Source: a virus (lineage: Duplodnaviria > Caudoviricetes). From it: 58,640 bases of DNA. The stretch lies in the IMG/VR virus record IMGVR_UViG_3300040971_000021, positions 1 to 58,640 of that record; one strand, 5' to 3'. Within the stretch, counting starts at the first letter, position 1, and the number at the start of each line of letters is the position of its first letter. The notes under the pieces are model-generated. The model was given only the letters and a program-made list of their open reading frames with translations. It was not told where the DNA came from and ran no database searches. A program made the position numbers and the translations under genes. Positions 39,598 to 48,248 of the stretch are shown piece by piece.

Positions 39598-39781
39598 GTC
39601 GTAATCCCTTCTGGAGTCAGGTCAGGTCAGTCTCCAAATAGATGTCAGCCGAGAGATCTTCAAAGTCTTTTGCTGTCGTAATCCCTTCTGGAGTCAGGTC
39701 AGGTCAGTCTAGGTATAAGGGATATTGATTGGTCGCAGGTAGGTGCGTCGTAATCCCTTCTGGAGTCAGGTCAGGTCAGTC
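39598..39781 (-). CRISPR. mini CRISPR array: 3 identical 35-bp repeats, 2 spacers (42 and 37 bp), no cas genes
   Basis: GTCGTAATCCCTTCTGGAGTCAGGTCAGGTCAGTC at 39598, 39675 and 39747; the reverse complement ends AAGGGATTACGAC like type III repeats; strand inferred from that end. Confidence 0.85.
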
Positions 39782-39853
39782 GGGACACCGACCATTTCGC
39801 TGTCACTCGCGCCAGGAGTGACAGCAACAAGGCACAAACAAAGGAGCAACACC

Positions 39854-40162
39854 ATGGAAATTACAAAAGAGACCGGAAGTTACAATGAGCGCAGATACGG
39901 AAAACCTTGGATAGCGGTTATTGATTACACCAATAACCGCAAGGGGGATTTTAGATTCGGCGATTGGCAGGGACGGCCAGGGTCGGAAGGCGAATTATAT
40001 ATCACCTGTGAAATTGGTGATATTATTGCCACTGGTCAAAAGGATTTCCGCAAGCCTAGAAACTCCGCCCCCACTTATTATCAGGTTGATAGTAACGGCC
40101 AACTTGATGAAATTGGGGATAACCCTGTTGAGGCATACAAAAGATCACAAGGGGGTGATTAA
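39854..40162 (+). CDS. early hypothetical protein (102 aa)
   Basis: AAGGAG RBS; SYNERRYGKPWIA...GQKDFRK; followed by GC-rich GAAA hairpin. Confidence 0.8.
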   Translation: MEITKETGSYNERRYGKPWIAVIDYTNNRKGDFRFGDWQGRPGSEGELYITCEIGDIIATGQKDFRKPRNSAPTYYQVDSNGQLDEIGDNPVEAYKRSQGGD

Positions 40163-40234
40163 ATAATATAAACCACAGGGGGGGCTGGAAACAGCCCCTT
40201 AACTGGGATTGAGCAGTTAAATTCAACGGAGGAA

Positions 40235-40477
40235 ATGGAAATGAAATTTTTATTTACGGTAAACCAATATGACAAAGACGGTGATTGTATTGATACTTGC
40301 ATCTTTGGGCATTTTAATGACAGTACCATATTGCGCTTTGGAAAATTGACGGAGCGCATCCTTGCAACAGCCGGAGACAACGTACCATCAGAAATAGAAT
40401 ATCTGGATAGGAATGGGCAAGTAGTCGGGTTTTGGGCTTATGGATGTTTTCACCCAGACTATCCATACCAAGGCTAA
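40235..40477 (+). CDS. early small acidic protein (80 aa)
   Basis: GGAGG RBS. Confidence 0.7.
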   Translation: MEMKFLFTVNQYDKDGDCIDTCIFGHFNDSTILRFGKLTERILATAGDNVPSEIEYLDRNGQVVGFWAYGCFHPDYPYQG

Positions 40478-40549
40478 CCACCCCACAACCGGGCAGCGGC
40501 CCATAAGGGCAAATAAAACCAAGGCCGGAAACGGCAAAGGACGGATAAA

Positions 40550-40831
40550 ATGAGAACATTATCAGAGATCAGGAGCGCAGTTGAGGAGTTACGACAGGCA
40601 ACAGTGGCATTTTTGCCAGAGGATTGTTTGTTTGAGGAGGAACAACGGCTTGAAAGAGTCGTCTCTGAGCTGTATCAGGCAGTGGGAGATCCCTGCCTCG
40701 TTTTTAACAACGGGGACCAACTCGCCGACCAAAAGGCGAAAACCCGCAGACGGATAGAAGACCGCCTCCGTAGATGCGACGACGAAGTTTGGATCGTCGC
40801 AAAACTGCTAGGGATAGACATAGAGTCGTAA
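40550..40831 (+). CDS. early 93-aa protein, copy 2
   Basis: Paralogue of 39313-39594 with a few substitutions; stop TAA lies inside the solitary repeat. Confidence 0.8.
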   Translation: MRTLSEIRSAVEELRQATVAFLPEDCLFEEEQRLERVVSELYQAVGDPCLVFNNGDQLADQKAKTRRRIEDRLRRCDDEVWIVAKLLGIDIES

Positions 40832-40859
40832 TCCCTTCTGGAGTCAGGTCAGGTCAGTC
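40825..40859 (-). repeat. solitary CRISPR repeat
   Basis: Exact fourth copy of the 35-bp repeat, 1043 bp after the array. Confidence 0.9.
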
Positions 40860-40887
40860 GAATATACCAACAACCAACGAGGACACA

Positions 40888-41037
40888 ATGAAAAACCCAA
40901 AACTTAAAACGATCAACTACCTGATCCCTGTAGAATTATGGGCTGCGGTAAAAATTAAAGCCATTAACGACGGCCTGTCACTCAAAAATGCTGTTATTGT
41001 TGCCTTCACCGATTACATAAAAAAGGTGAAGAAGTGA
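40888..41037 (+). CDS. ribbon-helix-helix DNA-binding protein (Arc-like)
   Basis: KTINYLIPVELWAAVKIKAINDGLSLKNAVIVAFTDYI pattern; GAGG RBS. Confidence 0.7.
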   Translation: MKNPKLKTINYLIPVELWAAVKIKAINDGLSLKNAVIVAFTDYIKKVKK

Positions 41038-41140
41038 GATGCTTGAAAACCGGACGCCCAACTTTCCCCGGCCTCTGCGCTGTGTGCTCTCGCAAGTGCC
41101 GGAAATCAGGTAAATCCAAACCAATAAAAGGAGCTAAAAA

Positions 41141-41275
41141 ATGAATGAGTGCGATGAAAATCTTAACTGGAAAGACAAGTTAATCCTTTCCGCAGCTGCC
41201 CTGTGGTGCCTTATGTTTATCGGCCTGTCCATCATAGGAGCTGTGCAAGCGGTTAAATTTACAGGGTGGATGTGA
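41141..41275 (+). CDS. small membrane protein (44 aa)
   Basis: AAGGAG RBS, single TM. Confidence 0.5.
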   Translation: MNECDENLNWKDKLILSAAALWCLMFIGLSIIGAVQAVKFTGWM

Positions 41276-41376
41276 CGACCAAGAGCGCAAAATTTATAGT
41301 TTTCCTGGCTGTAGCAATGGTGCTTGCCCTGGCGGTTATGACGGCATGGATGTCCTGAAGATTGCTAGGGGATAAG

Positions 41377-41607
41377 ATGAACCTAAAAGACGATAAAAAC
41401 TTTTTCAGCGGACGGAGAAGATCAGTGAATACAATATCAATACCAGAGTTCAAGGGTGCACGTAAAAGAAGCTTTCTGGAAGATGTAGAGGGGTTTATAT
41501 TCCACGATGGAAATTCAAAAAACCACAAGGCAACAACACGTGATTACGTTATTCTCTACGCCTGCGTGTTGGTTGGTATATGGCTATCGGCGTGGTTTAC
41601 GGTATGA
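41377..41607 (+). CDS. hypothetical protein with C-terminal TM
   Basis: ORF coupled to next gene. Confidence 0.5.
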   Translation: MNLKDDKNFFSGRRRSVNTISIPEFKGARKRSFLEDVEGFIFHDGNSKNHKATTRDYVILYACVLVGIWLSAWFTV

Positions 41608-42119
41608 AAAAAGTATTATCGAAGACAAAAATATCAAAGAAGAAGAATAAGCGGAAGAAGTCTATCACTGATGTAGTAGAAAAGAAATATACTTGCTGGC
41701 CTGATGCTGTGCCCAGAAAAGACTGGACAGGAATGGAACAGGGAAACCTGCTTATCCTTCAGCCAGTGTACAAATTGGAGAGCAAGGAAGGCGGTGTCTG
41801 GTTTTACCTATGTCAATGCAAATGCGGCAATGAAACAATAATCGCCGCCAGGAGATCAACGAAAAGTTGCGGATGCCTGCAAGCAGAGGCGAACTTAGCA
41901 AACTTGGTCAAGGCCCGCGCTGTACGTCTGGGAACAGACATTGACCCGGTAAAGCCAAAGCCGGTAATTCCGGTGAAAAAACCTTTCGACAGTGTTAATA
42001 CTTGTATGTACAAAGGCTATAGGTGTGATAGGTATAAGGCAGAGTTTGGCCGCAACGAGCCGAGATGTTTTGGCGACAGGTGTTATATAAATAAGTATCT
42101 GGCTATGGGATATTATTAA
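41604..42119 (+). CDS. Zn-binding protein with AP2-endonuclease-associated N-terminal motif
   Basis: YLCQCKCGNE...TKSCGCL. Confidence 0.6.
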   Translation: MKKVLSKTKISKKKNKRKKSITDVVEKKYTCWPDAVPRKDWTGMEQGNLLILQPVYKLESKEGGVWFYLCQCKCGNETIIAARRSTKSCGCLQAEANLANLVKARAVRLGTDIDPVKPKPVIPVKKPFDSVNTCMYKGYRCDRYKAEFGRNEPRCFGDRCYINKYLAMGYY

Positions 42120-42128
42120 GGGAGAATT

Positions 42129-42380
42129 ATGGAAATTAAACTAAAGTGTGACGCTGGCTACACCCCAGAGGAAGGCATCGAATACCTGCAAATCTGCGTC
42201 CCGCTGTCTGGGGGAAAGTCTCTGTGCTATGTTATTGATGATGACACCAAAGGCGGAGCGGAATTACTGGCAGATTTTAATGAAAAAATGGGAGCTATCA
42301 TGGAAGACATGTTTTACGAAAAGCAAAAAGAACTGAAAACGGAGTCTGCTGTGACCTCATATGAAATGGGCAGAGGTTAA
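42129..42380 (+). CDS. hypothetical protein
   Basis: GGGAG RBS. Confidence 0.65.
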   Translation: MEIKLKCDAGYTPEEGIEYLQICVPLSGGKSLCYVIDDDTKGGAELLADFNEKMGAIMEDMFYEKQKELKTESAVTSYEMGRG

Positions 42381-42535
42381 ATAATGTGCCCAGAGGATAA
42401 AGAATGCAGATATTGGTACATACCTGAAAACGGAACAGAGTTGCAGTGCATGAAGCCCAGGCACTTGTTTTGCCCTGACGGACCAGAGCAGGACGAAGAA
42501 GAAGATGATGATGGAGTACGGGATCTTAATTTCTG

Positions 42536-42769
42536 ATGAAAATTATTGAATGCTTGACTATGACTATTACAAAGCAGATTCGATTTCCCAGAAGTAAAAA
42601 GAAACGGATAAGGATCAAGTGGGCAAAGAATAGCAATAACCTTCGGATAGAACCAGACTCAAACAGTCTTATTATGGGAGATACTATTTTTTGTCATCCA
42701 ACGGTAGCCAGGGCAATCAGGAGAAACTATCATCATTTAGATGCAATGGTCGGTGGAGGATTCTGGTGA
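42536..42769 (+). CDS. hypothetical protein
   Basis: Q.RFPRSKKKRIR.KW.K motif seen in phage proteins. Confidence 0.65.
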   Translation: MKIIECLTMTITKQIRFPRSKKKRIRIKWAKNSNNLRIEPDSNSLIMGDTIFCHPTVARAIRRNYHHLDAMVGGGFW

Positions 42770-43143
42770 TTCTATCATGCCCGTTATCTGTCTGGATTGG
42801 TCCAAAGGATGAATTTACAATAAATTTAAACCAATACAGAAATGCTCACTATCAAACGCTCAACAAAGCAAAGATAGAATTTAAACGTGTCATGTTTCCA
42901 CAGGTTCGTTTATTGCCAGTAATGGAAAAAATAAAGGTTCACTTCACCCTATACCGGAAAGATAATCGACTATGCGACACATCGAACATCTGCTCCATCG
43001 TGGAAAAGTTCTTGCTTGATGCCATTGTTGAATCCGGCAAGCTGAAAGATGATAATTACAAATACCACGTCTTTTCCTCATGCGAGTTTGGGGGGATAGA
43101 TAAGGTTAACCCACGGGTTGAAGCCCATATAGTTTTGGCATGA
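42766..43143 (+). CDS. rusA: RusA-like Holliday junction resolvase
   Basis: D.SN......K...DA....G...DD and NPRVE motifs; GTGA overlap start. Confidence 0.75.
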   Translation: MILSCPLSVWIGPKDEFTINLNQYRNAHYQTLNKAKIEFKRVMFPQVRLLPVMEKIKVHFTLYRKDNRLCDTSNICSIVEKFLLDAIVESGKLKDDNYKYHVFSSCEFGGIDKVNPRVEAHIVLA

Positions 43144-43323
43144 CATTTCAGGGGATATAATGAGCAAAACATTCAAAAAATGCAAAGGTAAAACCTACCC
43201 AGACAAGGATTCGAAGAATAGGAAAGCCTCACGCTCTTGTCTCAATCATGGCGGTTGTCCTTATTGTCTGAATAACAAGATGCACAAAAACAAGAAACGT
43301 CAATTTGTGGACGAGGAGTAGTT

Positions 43324-43575
43324 ATGATTGCAGTAATTAATGTAGATGAAAACGTCAGGCATTCAGGACCGCATAAATATGAACTGCGGCTGAACAAATA
43401 CCATATAGCCACATTTACCCACAACAGGGAAGAGCCAATGCACGAGCTTTTACTCAAGGCGGCAATAGCGGCAGAAGAAAAGGCGACTCCAAAAAACGGG
43501 ATGATTGAGCCATTCCTTGATCCTCTTTACGATGAGGTTTATTTCAAGGGTATGGCCTATCTTAACAGCTTATAA
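43324..43575 (+). CDS. hypothetical protein
   Basis: GAGGAG RBS. Confidence 0.7.
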   Translation: MIAVINVDENVRHSGPHKYELRLNKYHIATFTHNREEPMHELLLKAAIAAEEKATPKNGMIEPFLDPLYDEVYFKGMAYLNSL

Positions 43576-43585
43576 CGGAGAAACC

Positions 43586-43774
43586 ATGAAAACGATGACA
43601 ATTAACGGCGTGGAATACAAAGAAGCGCCAGAGAAAAAAAACACCTCACTTTGCAAAGGATGTGCTTTTAGCAAATTTGAATCTACAGGTTGTGGGTCTA
43701 TAAATGACATTGCAACAGAAGCGTTTGGCGATGGATGTGCAGAAAGACGTGTAATTTATAAGGTTGTCCCATGA
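43586..43774 (+). CDS. small Cys-rich protein
   Basis: GGAG RBS, CKGC. Confidence 0.6.
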   Translation: MKTMTINGVEYKEAPEKKNTSLCKGCAFSKFESTGCGSINDIATEAFGDGCAERRVIYKVVP

Positions 43775-44223
43775 AGAAGCACGACACAATATTAGTCGAA
43801 GTGTCAAAACTTGACGACCTCACCGAATGCCTTTTGGTAATCCGCGACACGTTTGACGCTAACGGCCATCTGGATATTACCATTTCCGTCCATGGAGGCG
43901 AGCCGAAGCAACGGTCATTGCCGCAGAATGCTTCTTTGCATAAATACTGCGATAACCTTGCCAAGATGATGAATGATGCCGGGTACGATCAAAAGCAATT
44001 AGTCGGACAGTTTAAAGACGGATTCTCATTGCCAGTAACGATGGAGATGATAAAGGCTATCTTTAGGGCTGTTGGCGAGGCGATGTATAAAAAGGAGTCA
44101 ACCAAAGACCTGACTACCGTTGAGATTCAAGAAGTTTATCGGGTTGTGGACAATCGGTTTGCAGAAATTACAGGTTGTCGCTGTGAATGGCCTTCCGTGG
44201 AGTCGTTACGGAATAAATCTTGA
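43771..44223 (+). CDS. NinB-like recombination protein
   Basis: RSLPQNASLH and STKDLT..E motifs. Confidence 0.7.
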   Translation: MKKHDTILVEVSKLDDLTECLLVIRDTFDANGHLDITISVHGGEPKQRSLPQNASLHKYCDNLAKMMNDAGYDQKQLVGQFKDGFSLPVTMEMIKAIFRAVGEAMYKKESTKDLTTVEIQEVYRVVDNRFAEITGCRCEWPSVESLRNKS

Positions 44224-44348
44224 CATAAACTATTATAATTGATAGTATTAAGACAGTCCGGGAAGACTAAAACATTATCAATTTTAAGCCCTGATTTATA
44301 CGATTCCAATTCTTCCCGGACTGGTTTTGTATAATGAAGGGCTTTTTT
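44220..44348 (+). promoter_or_regulatory. sigma70 promoter with attenuator-like leader
   Basis: TTGACA-17-TAGTAT; 13-bp inverted pair overlapping terminator AAGCCCT...AGGGCTTTTTT. Confidence 0.65.
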
Positions 44349-44367
44349 ATTTGCACAAGGGTACGTT

Positions 44368-45105
44368 ATGAAATGGGACGATGACGATAAAAACCTACTA
44401 ACCGTAACTTGGTTTAGCGCTGGGGTATCAAGTGCCGTTGCCACCAAGCTGATGATTGATAGTATTGATAAGATCATTTACACCCACATCGACAACCAGC
44501 ACGCCGATTCGATGCGATTTGTAAAAGATTGCGAAGGATGGTTCGGCAAGGAAGTTGAAATATTACAATCATCGTTCAAAACAGTTGAGGAAGTTTGCTT
44601 GAAGCGTAAATTTGTAAATAGTCCTTATGGGGCAGCATGCACAGGTTGGTTAAAAAGAAAAGTTAGAATTGACTGGGAACAACAACACGAAGAGTATCAC
44701 CTCCGCTATGTTTGGGGAATGGATAGCAAGGAGAAGATAAGGGCTGATAATCTAAATATATCCATGCCCGCGTTTGAACATATATTCCCCCTCATTGATC
44801 GGAATATGACAAAGGCTGCAGCTCATAAGATGCTGAAGGCCAGTAAAATTAAACGTCCTGCAATGTACGATCTCGGATATGCAAATAACAACTGTCTAGG
44901 ATGCGTTAAAGGAGGGAAGGGTTATTGGAATCATATTAGGGTTGACTTCCCAGAGGTGTTTAAGGCAATGGCGATCATGGAACGTAAGGTCGGTCATTCG
45001 TGTATCAATGGGACATTCCTTGATGAGCTTGACCCTGAAAGCGGAAGATTTGGCAAGCCAGTTGTAGAGGACTGCGGAATATTGTGCGAGGTAATGGGGA
45101 TATGA
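44368..45105 (+). CDS. PAPS-reductase-like (PP-loop) protein
   Basis: WFSAGVSSA, GAACT..LK and MYDLGY.NNNC.GCVKGG.GYW motifs. Confidence 0.8.
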   Translation: MKWDDDDKNLLTVTWFSAGVSSAVATKLMIDSIDKIIYTHIDNQHADSMRFVKDCEGWFGKEVEILQSSFKTVEEVCLKRKFVNSPYGAACTGWLKRKVRIDWEQQHEEYHLRYVWGMDSKEKIRADNLNISMPAFEHIFPLIDRNMTKAAAHKMLKASKIKRPAMYDLGYANNNCLGCVKGGKGYWNHIRVDFPEVFKAMAIMERKVGHSCINGTFLDELDPESGRFGKPVVEDCGILCEVMGI

Positions 45106-45273
45106 AACAACAAGATAAATGTGAACATGAGTGGAATGATTGGAGATATGACACTAATAGACAACCATTTCGAGTTTGCAAGAAATGCGGGTTCACGGAT
45201 GATTCGCAACGAGAACCTGAACAATGCATATAATCAGAATCACAACTAAAGCTCACACAAGGAGAAACACAAA

Positions 45274-45546
45274 ATGATCTACATTGACGATGAAGGCGTT
45301 ACAAATATTGAATACGGACATGGCTCTATTTTTGGCTTTGAAACTGAGGTTGTTGATGGGACTGCCACCTATGCCCTGTGCAGTAGCGACAAAGGCGAAC
45401 TAAACAGAGAGTGTACAATATGGGAATCCGTGAAGGGCAAACCAGATACAGCAGTATTTCCATCAGTAAGGTTTATATTTCACAAGAAGCAATCTCTGAA
45501 AATTCTTATTGATGCATTGCAGGAAATACATGAGAGGATGGATTAA
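45274..45546 (+). CDS. hypothetical protein
   Basis: AAGGAG RBS. Confidence 0.65.
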   Translation: MIYIDDEGVTNIEYGHGSIFGFETEVVDGTATYALCSSDKGELNRECTIWESVKGKPDTAVFPSVRFIFHKKQSLKILIDALQEIHERMD

Positions 45547-45576
45547 AATAAGGTTCACATAACAAGGAGATAAATA

Positions 45577-46008
45577 ATGGGGACAAATTATGAAAATGAA
45601 TTACTGCCATGCCCGTTCTGTGGGAGAAAAGCAAAATTTATATCATATGAAATGAACACTTCCGATATGGTTAGCAAGGTTGAGTGTAAAAATTGCACAG
45701 CTCAGGCAGAATTTTTTATCCACTACAGAGACTTCCAATCGAGACAAAAAGGGAAGCAATCGGCATTAACAGCATGGAACACAAGAACCGTCATGCCAAA
45801 AATCACCGAACCGTTTGCCGAGGAAAATATTACCAAAAATCGGCAGGAGCCTGTTAAACAGATCAAGGCGGTAGATGGTGCAGTAATTGGCCTGTATATA
45901 GCTGGCAATGAGTCGAGAGTAAAGAAGCCTAGAAGTTGTCCAAACTGTAAAAATCCACGATGGAGAGAGGAAAGGAAATGGTCAAATCCGCGCAAGAAGA
46001 AAAACTAA
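45577..46008 (+). CDS. Lar-family restriction alleviation-like protein with extra C-terminal Zn finger
   Basis: ELLPCPFCG...C..C...AWNTR; PRSCPNCKNPRW. Confidence 0.7.
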   Translation: MGTNYENELLPCPFCGRKAKFISYEMNTSDMVSKVECKNCTAQAEFFIHYRDFQSRQKGKQSALTAWNTRTVMPKITEPFAEENITKNRQEPVKQIKAVDGAVIGLYIAGNESRVKKPRSCPNCKNPRWREERKWSNPRKKKN

Positions 46009-46247
46009 ATTACCGCCTTGGCGAGCTTGATAAGAAGTCCGAAGAATATTCCGACAGAACAGAGCGGATTCTTGACACCATCGGTTATTTGCTCGACAAA
46101 ATCGGAGAATCAGCATCACGAGACGAGCGTATTTCGTTGAGAATCCAGCTTGCCACTGCCCTTGAGGAAGCCGCCAACTTGAGGCCATTGACCGTCGAAG
46201 AGGTAGTCGAGATGGAAGAGATTAACGAAGAATTAAAGGGGGAATGA
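45960..46247 (+). CDS. hypothetical protein
   Basis: Acidic helical ORF, coupled to next gene. Confidence 0.55.
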   Translation: MERGKEMVKSAQEEKLNYRLGELDKKSEEYSDRTERILDTIGYLLDKIGESASRDERISLRIQLATALEEAANLRPLTVEEVVEMEEINEELKGE

Positions 46248-47344
46248 TTATGGAAATTAGCGAGGAAAAAGACTTGGCTTTGGTTCCGAAAAAGCTAGAT
46301 GCCGTGGCCGTATTTACCGGCAACGAACTAGATGATGTCTTGGCAAAGATTAAACAGAAAGCTACTTCTTTTGTGCCGGACATTACCACGCTCAAAGGCC
46401 GGAAAGAGATAGCGTCTCAAGCCTATCTGGTGTCCCGCTCTAAAACGGTGTTGGAAGAGTTGGGCGTTAATCTGGTGGCCGAATGGAAGGAAAAGGCAAA
46501 AAAGGTTGACGCCGCGCGGAAGAAATCACGCGATTTTCTGGACACTTTACGGGATGAAGTACGCCAGCCTTTGACCGATTGGGAAGAAGCTGAAAAGTTG
46601 CGAATCGAGGAAGAGAAAAAAGCCATTGCCTTTGCCGCGGCATGGGATGAGGCACTGAACCTGCATGGTATTTTCCTGAAAGAAAAAGAACTTGCCGCCC
46701 GTGAAGCTGAAATGGCCCGCAAGGAAGCAGAGGCCAAGGCCAAGGAAGAAGCCGAGCGTGAAGCCAAGGAGAAGGCAGAAGCTAAAGCCGCCGCGGAGAA
46801 AGCCCGGCTGGAACGTGAAGATGCTATCCGCAAAGAGTCTGAGGCAAAGGCAGCCGAGGCCATAGCAAAGGCCCAACGTGACAAGGTGGCAGCGGAAGAA
46901 AAGGCCAAGTTGGAAGCAGTTCAAGCGGAAAAAGATAGAATCGAGGCCGCAGCTAAAGCTAAACAAGCCATAGCTGATGCTCACGCCAAAGCGGAACGAG
47001 AGAAGATTGCCGCCGAAGAACGGGCGAAGCTGGCAGCAGAACAGGCCGAGAGGGATAAGAAAGCCGCTGAGGCTAAAGCCAAGGCCGATCAAGAGGCAGC
47101 AGTTAAGGCAGCACAGGAAAAAGAAAGAGCGTTGGCCATATCGGTTAAAAGAGCCGAAGAAGCAGCCGCCGTTATTGCCAAAGCAGAGGCCGATAAGCTG
47201 GCAGCCAACAAAGCTCACCGGGCAGGGATTAATAGGCTTATTCTGGCCGACCTTGTTGAAAACGGGATAGCCGAAGGTGTGGCGAAAGACGTGATTGTTT
47301 TAATCGCAACTGGTAAAATTACCCGCGTCACAATTACTTATTAA
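46244..47344 (+). CDS. coiled-coil (A/E/K-rich) phage protein
   Basis: PD.TT.KGRKEIAS.AY.V.RSKT...RQPLTDWE N-terminal domain, common next to recombination genes. Confidence 0.8.
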   Translation: MIMEISEEKDLALVPKKLDAVAVFTGNELDDVLAKIKQKATSFVPDITTLKGRKEIASQAYLVSRSKTVLEELGVNLVAEWKEKAKKVDAARKKSRDFLDTLRDEVRQPLTDWEEAEKLRIEEEKKAIAFAAAWDEALNLHGIFLKEKELAAREAEMARKEAEAKAKEEAEREAKEKAEAKAAAEKARLEREDAIRKESEAKAAEAIAKAQRDKVAAEEKAKLEAVQAEKDRIEAAAKAKQAIADAHAKAEREKIAAEERAKLAAEQAERDKKAAEAKAKADQEAAVKAAQEKERALAISVKRAEEAAAVIAKAEADKLAANKAHRAGINRLILADLVENGIAEGVAKDVIVLIATGKITRVTITY

Positions 47345-47354
47345 AGGAGAAATT

Positions 47355-48248
47355 ATGAGCAACATCATACCATACCAAGCAGCGCTTGAGGAAACACAGC
47401 GCAAATTTGTTGACATTGCGACCAAGGCAGACACAGGGGTTGTTTACGAGATTGAGTCAATGTTCGCCTTGCAATCTCTGGCAAAAAATGACTTTCTTGC
47501 CCAAACAGCTAACAAGAACCTGAACAGCTTACGCAACGCCATTATCAACGTGGCATCAATCGGCCTGAGCTTGAACCCTGCCATGCAGTACGCTTACCTT
47601 GTGCCAAGAGAGGGCGGGGTTTGCTTGGATATCTCCTATAAGGGTTTAATAAAGCTGGCTACCGATACCGGTTCGATGCTGTGGGTAAGGGCTGATCTTG
47701 TGTACAAAAATGACACATTCAAGTATCATGGTCCCGCCGCTGCGCCTGAGCATGTCGCTGATGTATTTGGTGATCGTGGAGAGTTTTCCGGGGTGTACTG
47801 TATCGCCAAGACTATTGAGGGCGATATCCTGGCTGAGATCATGAACGCCGCAGAGGTTTATCAGGTTCGAGATGCTTCGATGGCGTGGGTAAAACAGAAG
47901 AAAGGGCCATGGAAAGACTGGTTTGGGGAAATGGCGAAGAAGTCAATTATCAAACGGGCCTCAAAGACCTGGCCTAGAAGCGACAAGAACGACCGGCTTG
48001 CACAAGCGGTGCAGGTTATCAACGAGCATGAGGGGATTGACTTCGACCAAGACAAACAAGGGCCGGAGAAAATCAGCGAGAGCCAGCTTGCCGACCTCAC
48101 TCTTGAAATGGAAGGAAGGGTCATAGACTTGCCGCGATTCTTGAAATATGCAGAGGTGGAATCTCTCGACCAGATCACGGTTGACAAGTTCCCTGCCATT
48201 GTCGCGGCGGTCCAGTCAAAACCAATAGCTGAGAAGGTGGAATCGTGA
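47355..48248 (+). CDS. recT: RecT-family single-strand annealing protein
   Basis: GLSLNP....AYLVPR...ISYKGLI and PW......MAKKS.IKR motifs. Confidence 0.85.
   Translation: MSNIIPYQAALEETQRKFVDIATKADTGVVYEIESMFALQSLAKNDFLAQTANKNLNSLRNAIINVASIGLSLNPAMQYAYLVPREGGVCLDISYKGLIKLATDTGSMLWVRADLVYKNDTFKYHGPAAAPEHVADVFGDRGEFSGVYCIAKTIEGDILAEIMNAAEVYQVRDASMAWVKQKKGPWKDWFGEMAKKSIIKRASKTWPRSDKNDRLAQAVQVINEHEGIDFDQDKQGPEKISESQLADLTLEMEGRVIDLPRFLKYAEVESLDQITVDKFPAIVAAVQSKPIAEKVES

Noticed and set aside
39743-39853. N-terminal extension of the 39743-40162 ORF (and of 40774-41037)
   Set aside because: These run through CRISPR repeats; the good RBS-ATG pairs are at 39854 and 40888
46423-47270. Long antisense and alternate-frame ORFs over the coiled-coil gene
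   Set aside because: Shadows of the A/E/K-biased codons; no RBS or protein-like features. The same applies to most plus-strand ORFs over 800-39000
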